DNA of 64,000 nt from Candidatus Bathyarchaeia archaeon (GTDB taxonomy: Archaea > Thermoproteota > Bathyarchaeia > Bathyarchaeales > Bathycorpusculaceae). The DNA is taken from assembly GCA_037481775.1 (NCBI GenBank), contig JBBFKZ010000001.1:160001-224000 (forward strand). The letters are read 5' to 3'. Both the position numbers and the translations under genes were made by a program. This document shows, piece after piece, positions 56,604 to 64,000 of this stretch (positions are counted from its first letter, which is position 1; the number at the start of each line of letters is the position of its first letter). The notes under the pieces are model-generated. The model was not told the origin of the DNA. It searched no databases and saw only the letters and a program-made list of their open reading frames with translations.

Positions 56604-57134
56604 TCAACTCTTAATAGCAGTAACGATAACGTTTTTTTCGCTTAATGTTGAGGGTAAAATCATTTTTACAATTTTATCCAGTGTTTTATGCGGACTAAAA
56701 ACTAATGGCAAGGTTGCATATTTGAAGTGGATCTTTGAAAAACCAGCGTTTAACAAGATATTTTCCATTTCTGCCATAGACCAGCAAGCTATATGGCCCT
56801 TGTCACTGAAAACCTGAGGCAGACCTCTCATCTGCCTAAGAATTATTCTCCAATGGAAAATATTCGGAGTACTCAATTCCAATATTCCTCCCTCTTTTAA
56901 AACTTGGCGTATTTCTCTTAGACATAACAATGGGCTTTCTACATGTTCTATCACTTCGTAAAAGCATACTTTATCAAATACTCCTAGTTTAAATGGGAGA
57001 TGGTGCGCATCTCCGCAAATGAAATCTTTGGGTTTGTTTTTGGGATGCTTGCATAAGTCTATGCAAACATTGCCTCTCGCAATGTCAAGTTCATCGGTCC
57101 CTGAACCAACATCTAAAATGAGCATACGCATCAC
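56604..57134 (-). CDS. Class I SAM-dependent methyltransferase
   Basis: ILDVGSG, GDAHHLPF, EVIEH, VLKEGG, STPN. Confidence 0.88.
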   Translation of the reverse strand: MMRMLILDVGSGTDELDIARGNVCIDLCKHPKNKPKDFICGDAHHLPFKLGVFDKVCFYEVIEHVESPLLCLREIRQVLKEGGILELSTPNIFHWRIILRQMRGLPQVFSDKGHIACWSMAEMENILLNAGFSKIHFKYATLPLVFSPHKTLDKIVKMILPSTLSEKNVIVTAIKS

Positions 57135-58288
57135 CGTATCCTCAATACGTTATGATATAGGTCGTAAACTTTTCTAGCGTGAGCGATAAAGGAGTGATGC
57201 TTTAAAACATATTCTCTAGCGTTTCTCCCTATATCTGCTATTAAGCTTTGATTCGTGATAGTTGTTTCAATGGCTTTTGCGATTGATTCTGAATCTTTTT
57301 CTTTTACGAGTATACCGTTTTTCATGTTTTGTATAATTTCATGCATACCGCCAATATCAGAACATATCGTGACTTTGCTGCATGCCATCCCCTCAAGCAT
57401 GGCGAGCGATGATGCTTCTTGAACTCCATGGGACGTTATTGATGGTATTAGAATAATATCTGCCATAAAATAATATGGTACTATTTTGTCATGAGGGATT
57501 AACCCAGCAAAATAAATTCTATCATCTCCATTCGCTTCTTTAACTAATTTATCTTTTTCCGGTCCATCTCCGGCAATTACCATTCTTACTTTTCTGTTTT
57601 TTATATGTCTCATAGCTTGGACGGCATAAATTACGCCGTTTTTTTCGACAAGTCGTCTAGGCACCAAGATAATTGTGTCGTTTTCGCTGAATCCCTGCTT
57701 TTTTTTAAGTTTATTTTGTTCTTCTTTCGAGATTGGTCTGAACATCTCTGTGTCAATAGCGTTGTGCATTACGCTAATTTTGCTAGCAGGGTAATTAAAC
57801 TCTGAAATAATGTATTCTTTTAGTCGTTGATCAACAGTAATTACGTATTCTGCATTTTCAATTCCTTCTCTCTCAAGTTTCAAAAGATAAGGATATAGTT
57901 CTTCACGAGCTTTTTTACTTTTTATAAACTCTATGTTTTCCCTCGCAAAATACCCGTGAAGAGTTAATATCTTTGGGGCGGCTCTTTCACCTGTGCTTAT
58001 CAATGATAAGACGTCGTGAGCATGAATTATTTCGAAAGTGTTTTCAGGAATATTTCTTCTTAAGTAATTTATCATCCACTTAATTTTATACTTGTAACCA
58101 TACTTTCCTCCTACGATAAGTCTAGTGCTTCGTTTGATCTGTTCCCAAAGGTCCTTCGGGTTGTAATAGTGAGTGACAACTTTAACACCCAATTCTTTAA
58201 GTCCTTTTTCTAGCAGTAGTAAGTGGATATGTTTTCCTCCAAGAAGTGTTATGTATGGGTTATCTGTAGAGACGAGAAGTACACGCAT
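57131..58288 (-). CDS. GT4 glycosyltransferase
   Basis: HAHD, TLHG, NAIDTEMF, RRLVEKNG, AGDGP, EASSLAMLEGM. Confidence 0.9.
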   Translation of the reverse strand: MRVLLVSTDNPYITLLGGKHIHLLLLEKGLKELGVKVVTHYYNPKDLWEQIKRSTRLIVGGKYGYKYKIKWMINYLRRNIPENTFEIIHAHDVLSLISTGERAAPKILTLHGYFARENIEFIKSKKAREELYPYLLKLEREGIENAEYVITVDQRLKEYIISEFNYPASKISVMHNAIDTEMFRPISKEEQNKLKKKQGFSENDTIILVPRRLVEKNGVIYAVQAMRHIKNRKVRMVIAGDGPEKDKLVKEANGDDRIYFAGLIPHDKIVPYYFMADIILIPSITSHGVQEASSLAMLEGMACSKVTICSDIGGMHEIIQNMKNGILVKEKDSESIAKAIETTITNQSLIADIGRNAREYVLKHHSFIAHARKVYDLYHNVLRIR

Positions 58289-59233
58289 TTAACTACTTCC
58301 CACATAATCATAAATTTTCATTAACCTTTCTAAAACCATATCCAACGCATGTTCACACTTAAAATACGCATACTCTTTTTCCCACAAATTATTATCCGCA
58401 TTTTTTACGGCATTTGCAATTTCATTTTCAGTAGCGACATTTTTCAATGGAAATTTTTGATATTCCTGAAAATCTGACGCAACATACGTTATTACTGGCC
58501 TACCACATGCTATAGCTTCCAGAGAGACCACTCCCAATGACCCAAGTTTGAATCTATCTATAACCACATCTGCATCCCAATAATATTGATTAAGTTTTTC
58601 ATGAGGAACTTTTGGCATTACGTTTAAATGTAAGCCCAATGAATGAGCCAAAGATAAAGTTTTCTTAAAATCAGCACCATGGGCAATGATCTTGACCTCT
58701 ACTTCGTCTTTAATCTTGCTTAAAGCTCTTATAGCTATGTTAGTGCCTTTTAAATTCCAATTTGAATCACTGGCAATAAGTACCCGTTTTTTTCCATGAT
58801 GCAAATTTAATGGTTTCGGAAAGAAAAGTTTCATGTCCACCGGGTTAGGCAGGTATTCAGCATCTTCCCTAAATCTTTTAGCTATGCCGAGAATATCTGG
58901 TGTACTAACAAGCACTTTATCACACCTTTTTAAGTTATGCCTAACTAATCTACCCCATACGGGATGGTTAAGGCTTGACCGTAAATCGCTTCCATGGGCA
59001 TGACCAATTAATGGTTTTTTCCCCAGCTTAGCCGCAATATAACAATCCTGAAGAAGATAATGCACGTGATAAATATCAGCCTTAACCCTCAGGATATTAT
59101 GGGCTAAACCAAAAGTTTTACTCCACAAACCCCTGCTCCTCTTAATCTGTCTTCGCTTAATATATGAAGGCAAATACTTAAGCAGAGTCTCCCCCACATA
59201 AGCACAATCATTAATCATAGCAACCTCAAACAC
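58289..59233 (-). CDS. GT4 glycosyltransferase
   Basis: HVHY, HAHGSDLR, PNPVD, KGT, LGVVSLEAIACGRPVI. Confidence 0.88.
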   Translation of the reverse strand: MFEVAMINDCAYVGETLLKYLPSYIKRRQIKRSRGLWSKTFGLAHNILRVKADIYHVHYLLQDCYIAAKLGKKPLIGHAHGSDLRSSLNHPVWGRLVRHNLKRCDKVLVSTPDILGIAKRFREDAEYLPNPVDMKLFFPKPLNLHHGKKRVLIASDSNWNLKGTNIAIRALSKIKDEVEVKIIAHGADFKKTLSLAHSLGLHLNVMPKVPHEKLNQYYWDADVVIDRFKLGSLGVVSLEAIACGRPVITYVASDFQEYQKFPLKNVATENEIANAVKNADNNLWEKEYAYFKCEHALDMVLERLMKIYDYVGSS

Positions 59234-59260
59234 GGTTATCCTCAGCCATCAAAGAGTCTA

Positions 59261-59275
59261 TAATTAGACATAAAA
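59261..59275. repeat. 15-bp direct repeat, right copy
   Basis: TAATTAGACATAAAA, 28 nt upstream of the minus-strand GT4 start. Confidence 0.7.
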
Positions 59276-59494
59276 ACGAGAACTATATCAATCTTATCCG
59301 CCAAAATGAGACACAAAATTCTTAATATGGCTTTTTACCCCCTGCTCACCAAATCCGCAAAAGTTTCCAACTTTTAGTGACCAAGAAAATGTTCACGTAT
59401 AACTGCAAATCTGCCGATTATACGATTGAAAAACTTTGGGAAAGGTAGGCGTGGCTTACACCTTTAAATATGTTCGGTTAATACATTTCGTAGA

Positions 59495-60994
59495 ATGGCA
59501 AAGGAGACGACGTTGCTAACTCTCAGAATTGATGTTGACTACCCTTATCCTTCAAGACTGCGAAGTTTCATCTACACAGCCTTCAGCATCAGCTTCGGTG
59601 GAGACTACCTTAAGAACTCGAAGATACTCGCACGGATGATCAACGAATCGCCAAGGCCTGTCAAAGCATACTGGTTTTTCACTCCAAAAACAATTCCCGA
59701 CGCAGAGTTACTAACACTGCTTAACCCAGAGCGCCACGAGATCGCGTTGCACATAGCAAACGAGCCGTATAAAGAGCTGAGTCTTATTGAGGCGAAAACA
59801 GGGAGAAAGATAAAATATTACACAGTTCACGGCACCTCGCGTTTTCTTGCCCGATTAATGTGGAAACGATGGCGATACAAATCTCCGCCGATCCCCAAAA
59901 ACTACCCGCTACAATCATTTTACCAATTCAAAACTCTAAGCCTAGATGTTACATGTCGCCTCTATCCGGAAGAGTATGCTGCCAAAATTGCCGAAGATGC
60001 CGCGGCCAGCGGGCAAGTTCTGCATATTCACCCCATCTGGCTTTTCCAAAGAGGAACAATAAACCCTAGAGGCCCATTCTATGAGGTGCTGAGGAGAATT
60101 CTGGTCGTGGACAATGAACTTGACACATTGGCATTGCAGCGCAAAGTGTTCTTCAACATAGCAAGAGACATTGGCGAGTACGAGCGTGATATTGCGCCAA
60201 CAGAGGAATTTTTGAAAAAGTTAAGAGCGCGCGACATAGACATATTTACGTTCATAGAGCGGAGTTGGTGTTCTAAATTGCCTACGCCGCTACGCCACGG
60301 GGTGCGTGAAGAAGACAATATAGCGATTTTGCATGTTACTTCATTTGAGGATTGGTGGAAAACCATTGACAAGAAAACCCGTAATATGGTCCGCAAAGCA
60401 GAGAAAAGTGGAATTGAAACGCGGGAAGTAGAAGTTAATGATAAGTTTGCTGAAGGCGTATGGCGAATTTATAATGAAACTCCAATAAGGCAAGATAGGG
60501 CATTTCCACATTATGGGATATCGCTTGACACGGTTCGGCAAGGAGTATTTTCCGCTAAAAACTGCGTCTTTATAGGTGCGTATTTGCAGGATGAATTGGT
60601 TGGATTCGCGCAGCTGGTTATAGGCGACAATATTGCAATTTTGTCTCAGTTGCTTTCGTTGCAGAAGCATTTTGATAAGGCCGTGAATAACGCATTAATA
60701 GCAAAGTCTGTTGAGCTTTGCGGAAAAAAGGGAATAAACTGGCTCATGTACGGACGAATTGAAACTGCGCATCCTTCGCTTGATCGCTTTAAAAGAAGTA
60801 ATGGTTTCTCCAAATTTTCTTTAACACGATTTTATGTTCCCTTAACAAGGAAAGGAAGAATTGCGGTAAAACTGGGGTTGCATAAAGACCTGAAGGATGC
60901 CCTGCCCAAGTCCGTGAGATATGCGCTTCTGCCGTTGTACTGTTGGATAAGCAGAACGAGGGTGCGGGTTAAATTAATGCTGAAGGGGAATTAG
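59495..60994 (+). CDS. Polysaccharide-deacetylase-like + GNAT (FemAB/CelD-BcsL-like) fusion
   Basis: N-terminal LRIDVDY, YWFF, HEIALH, VHG, HIHP; C-terminal SFEDWWKTIDKKTRNMVRKAEKSGI...SLDRFKRSNGF. Confidence 0.65.
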   Translation: MAKETTLLTLRIDVDYPYPSRLRSFIYTAFSISFGGDYLKNSKILARMINESPRPVKAYWFFTPKTIPDAELLTLLNPERHEIALHIANEPYKELSLIEAKTGRKIKYYTVHGTSRFLARLMWKRWRYKSPPIPKNYPLQSFYQFKTLSLDVTCRLYPEEYAAKIAEDAAASGQVLHIHPIWLFQRGTINPRGPFYEVLRRILVVDNELDTLALQRKVFFNIARDIGEYERDIAPTEEFLKKLRARDIDIFTFIERSWCSKLPTPLRHGVREEDNIAILHVTSFEDWWKTIDKKTRNMVRKAEKSGIETREVEVNDKFAEGVWRIYNETPIRQDRAFPHYGISLDTVRQGVFSAKNCVFIGAYLQDELVGFAQLVIGDNIAILSQLLSLQKHFDKAVNNALIAKSVELCGKKGINWLMYGRIETAHPSLDRFKRSNGFSKFSLTRFYVPLTRKGRIAVKLGLHKDLKDALPKSVRYALLPLYCWISRTRVRVKLMLKGN

Positions 60995-61000
60995 AGTGTT

Positions 61001-61669
61001 TTGAATGAGCCGGAAGAAACCTACTGGGAGCGCGTCAATAAGTCCACTAAAATGGGTGTCTACCTAACAAGGGTTGAAACGCAGTTTATTTTTGCTTCCC
61101 TTGGTCTAAAAGCAGACGGTCTGGTTGTTGATGTTGGAGCTAATGCCGGTCGCTTTTCTCTTCCTGCCGCAGAAATTATGCGTGTAGTTGCTATTGACTT
61201 GGATTTATACGCACTTAAGAGATTAAGATTGAAAACTCAAGATGTGGCTGTTGTTTTAGCCGATGCAAGATTTATTCCATTAAAAAATAGTGTTGCCGAC
61301 AATGTTATAATGATCGAGTTGCTAGATTATGTTGAAAACTCAGAAGCGCCAATATCTGAATGTGCTCGGATCCTCAAAGATGCCGGTGCAATTTTCCTTT
61401 CGTTTGGAAACAAATCCAGTTTAAAAGGAAGAATTAAAGGCTTCTCTGGGAAGTCTTATCGTTATTCTTATCAAGACATTTTGCGTGTTCTGAAGGCTGA
61501 GAAATTTAAAATTGTTGAAAAGATGGGTTTCAACTGGTTGCCCTTTGGGCGTGATTCCAATAATCCTGCTATTTATTTGTTTGCCAAAGGCGAAAGAATC
61601 TTGGGGTTAAGGAAGCTTGCGAGATTTAGTCCATGGGTGATAATCCAAGCAGTCAAAGTTGCTGAATGA
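61001..61669 (+). CDS. Class I SAM-dependent methyltransferase
   Basis: VVDVGANAGRF, VAIDLD, ADARFIPL, ECARILK. Confidence 0.85.
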   Translation: MNEPEETYWERVNKSTKMGVYLTRVETQFIFASLGLKADGLVVDVGANAGRFSLPAAEIMRVVAIDLDLYALKRLRLKTQDVAVVLADARFIPLKNSVADNVIMIELLDYVENSEAPISECARILKDAGAIFLSFGNKSSLKGRIKGFSGKSYRYSYQDILRVLKAEKFKIVEKMGFNWLPFGRDSNNPAIYLFAKGERILGLRKLARFSPWVIIQAVKVAE

Positions 61670-61837
61670 AGCTTTATATTATTTTTTGTTTGGCCGCCTT
61701 TGTGTTGTTGCTTTTGCGGTTGGGTTGAAGGCAAGTTTGCTCTTTGCTTGCATGCTAAGAAAATTTTCAAAGGAAGCAGAATGATGTGGCGCTTCGCGCT
61801 GTTATGAGTGCGTTGTTTTCGTTGGTGCCTACGTAAT

Positions 61838-62884
61838 TTATTTTTCTTGAGTTTTGGCAATTATCAGTGGGAAGTAATCGTAATATTCGGTTTCGTTTTC
61901 TTTGTAAATCAAGTAGGGTGTGTCGCCTATGCCGTCGCCATTTGTGTCTGTGCCATTATAATCGCTCCAGTAGTTGCCCTCTCTGCCATTGTCCCATGTG
62001 TTTGGCAGATTTACTGAGACGTGGCCTGTGGGCATGTTGTCTATGAAGCTGTTATGGTACAGTACGTTGTCTGTGGATTGGTAGAGAAAGATGCCCATGT
62101 TGTTATTTTTTATATAATTCTTTGTTATGGTGGTTTTGTTTGCGTATCTCATGTAAATTGTGTAGTTGGCGTGTGATGTGAACGTGTTTTCTGAGATGGT
62201 GTTTTCTATGGATTCTTTCAGCCAGATGGCATACATCTTATTCTTCGTCAGGTTGTTTTCGTAGATGATGTTGCCGTTTGAGGATGCCTCAAGCCAGATG
62301 CCGCAGTGATTGTTTGTCAGAGTATTTTGGGAGATGAGGTTGTTGGATGCGGCGCTTAGGTAGATGCCGAAATCGAAATTTTGGATTTTAATGTTTGTTA
62401 CTGTAACGTTTCTTCTTCCAGTTAGGTCTATGCCTCTGGAGAGGTATTCCTCTGTTCCGTTGAGCGTGTGGCCGTTTCCGTCAATTATTACGTCGTCTTT
62501 CCCTACTATTATTGGGTTAGAAATGTCTGCGGTGAACAAGTAACGGTTGCTTCCATCATTCACGATTGGCGCATTGGACGGGTTAATTGTGCCGTCGGGC
62601 ATGATGACGATATAGCCGCTTACAGGTGTTACTGGAGTTGTGCCATCCGTCGGTGTCGCGGGCGTTGTTGAAAGCTGCCATAATCCATAAACTCCCAAAA
62701 TCACGATAAGCGCGAGAACCGCGAGAAGTATTTTTCCCTTCGGCATTTTTCGAGGCTTTCTCTTGGCTTCACGTTCCATCTGAATCTTGAAAGCCTCTTC
62801 AGCGCGCTGCTGCCTTTTTTGTCTCTCGCGCTGTATTTCCCGCCAGCTTTTCTTTTTTTCTTTTTCAGGCATATTTTCTTGCAA
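61838..62884 (-). CDS. Membrane-anchored NosD/CASH right-handed beta-helix protein
   Basis: Charged N-terminus, TM helix, IDGNGHTL, GIYL..S.NN.I..N repeats and GNYWSDYNGTDTNGDGIGDTPY. Confidence 0.85.
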   Translation of the reverse strand: MQENMPEKEKKKSWREIQRERQKRQQRAEEAFKIQMEREAKRKPRKMPKGKILLAVLALIVILGVYGLWQLSTTPATPTDGTTPVTPVSGYIVIMPDGTINPSNAPIVNDGSNRYLFTADISNPIIVGKDDVIIDGNGHTLNGTEEYLSRGIDLTGRRNVTVTNIKIQNFDFGIYLSAASNNLISQNTLTNNHCGIWLEASSNGNIIYENNLTKNKMYAIWLKESIENTISENTFTSHANYTIYMRYANKTTITKNYIKNNNMGIFLYQSTDNVLYHNSFIDNMPTGHVSVNLPNTWDNGREGNYWSDYNGTDTNGDGIGDTPYLIYKENETEYYDYFPLIIAKTQEK

Positions 62885-63234
62885 CCTTTACAAGCTTCTT
62901 TCTGCCTTTCCGATGGCGGTATTGTCTATTAAAGATTTTTCGAAATTGAACCTTAATATGTTAAAATTTCCTTTGTACTGTTGAAAATCATGTTTTGCAT
63001 TTAGCTTTAATTGCCGGGTTAATTGAAAGGCAGAAGGTATTAGCCAATAAATTTTTGCCCTTATATTGACGGCTTATTATAAGCAGATTTAGGTAGAGTT
63101 CTGTCTATTGATATTTATAGAGTCTTGTTTGAAAGAAATTACGTGCTGGTTCAGCAAAAAATGTGCTCTGCAACCGCAGTAACCGGCGATCTTCGTCTGT
63201 CGGTAGTGGTTAAAAGTTACCAAATTGTATTCGC

Positions 63235-64000
63235 TTATCCTTGCATTTTGAATCTCAGTATTGCTGCTATGCCGCCGAACGCGTTTTTCAGCATCTGTCC
63301 TTCTTCGGTTTCGGTGGAAATAATTTCCACTTCAGCGTTGGCTTGTTCAGCTAACTCTGCTAATTCGTCAATTATGTCTTGCTTATCTGCAATAAACAAG
63401 GAAGGTGCTTGACACTTTGGGCATGGCTTTCCCGTCAAGCCTTGCTCAAACTCCAGCAACGCTTGGGTTTTAACAGTGTGTTTTTCCTCGTAGCCACATG
63501 CGTTGCACTTAACTGTAACACGTAAAAGATCAACTTTCTCCGAGATTAAAAGCGTTCTAACAGCGCCAGCAGCGAGCGCATTACGCACTTCTGCTTCGCC
63601 GTAAGTAATCATTCCAGTGTCATGGCCCACTTCGTAAAGGAACTGTTGCATAATCTGCTTCTCTTCGATGTAGCGGACTTTCCGCATTATTTCAGGCGCT
63701 TTTTCCACGACTTCCTTAACGCCTTGTTCTTCGACATAAGCAGTGTCGATTGTGTCGATAATCTTGTTCTTTAACTGATAATTAAGGTAATCGCCTTTTT
63801 CGAAATCGTACTTTGTCGGTCCTGGACCAGCGATGATTATGCCCTTCAAGTTGTCTATGGGCAAGAATACCTCGTTAGCATGTTGCCCCACACGTGTAAA
63901 ATACTCGTTAAGCTGCATCTCCCTCAAGCGCTCGTATCTCCTTGCTGACTGCCCTCCTGCGCGCGTTTTTCCGCCAACACCTGAATACATCTGTCGGACT
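63235..64000 (-). CDS. prf1: Peptide chain release factor aRF1 (5' part outside the window)
   Basis: GGQSARRYER, GPGPTK, TYGEAEV, zinc minidomain CNAC/CPKC, FGGIAAILRF. The frame is open to the window edge. Confidence 0.95.
   Translation of the reverse strand, partial: VRQMYSGVGGKTRAGGQSARRYERLREMQLNEYFTRVGQHANEVFLPIDNLKGIIIAGPGPTKYDFEKGDYLNYQLKNKIIDTIDTAYVEEQGVKEVVEKAPEIMRKVRYIEEKQIMQQFLYEVGHDTGMITYGEAEVRNALAAGAVRTLLISEKVDLLRVTVKCNACGYEEKHTVKTQALLEFEQGLTGKPCPKCQAPSLFIADKQDIIDELAELAEQANAEVEIISTETEEGQMLKNAFGGIAAILRFKMQG

Noticed and set aside
763-63412. Many short antisense or overlapping ORFs in the six-frame track
   Set aside because: They are shadows of well-supported genes or tRNAs with no motifs of their own.
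1-64000. CRISPR array or other tandem repeat-spacer structure
   Set aside because: No regularly spaced repeats seen in any intergenic region; the 48-bp repeat has only two distant copies.

Overview
Archaeal chromosomal window, most likely Bathyarchaeia (TACK). This is inferred from gene content: PolB1, TFE, DUF5752, TackOD1, Fae-Hps, AOR and a BHB-intron tRNA. It is mostly housekeeping: FBP aldolase/phosphatase, prefoldin beta, ECF module, endonuclease IV, PolB1, S6e, ProRS, ThrS, NAC, MBF1, HflX, Trm56, TFE and a partial aRF1. It also holds peptide/aldehyde catabolism genes, a type IV pilus operon with a giant beta-propeller pilin, two nucleotide-sugar/surface-glycan clusters (one with an AT-rich, partly decayed cassette) and two tRNAs. 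No CRISPR array, integrase or intact transposase was seen. The most notable observations are: (1) a Fae-Hps enzyme carrying an N-terminal helix-turn-helix, with a CGACA-N4-TGTCG palindrome over its own start codon (candidate self-regulating formaldehyde enzyme); (2) a ribophorin I (OST1/RPN1)-like protein; (3) two genes that appear to start at GGAGG-preceded ACG codons; (4) a 48-bp identical intergenic repeat 16 kb apart; (5) a pilin with a nested ~750-aa insertion. All family calls come from motif recognition by eye; no searches were run.
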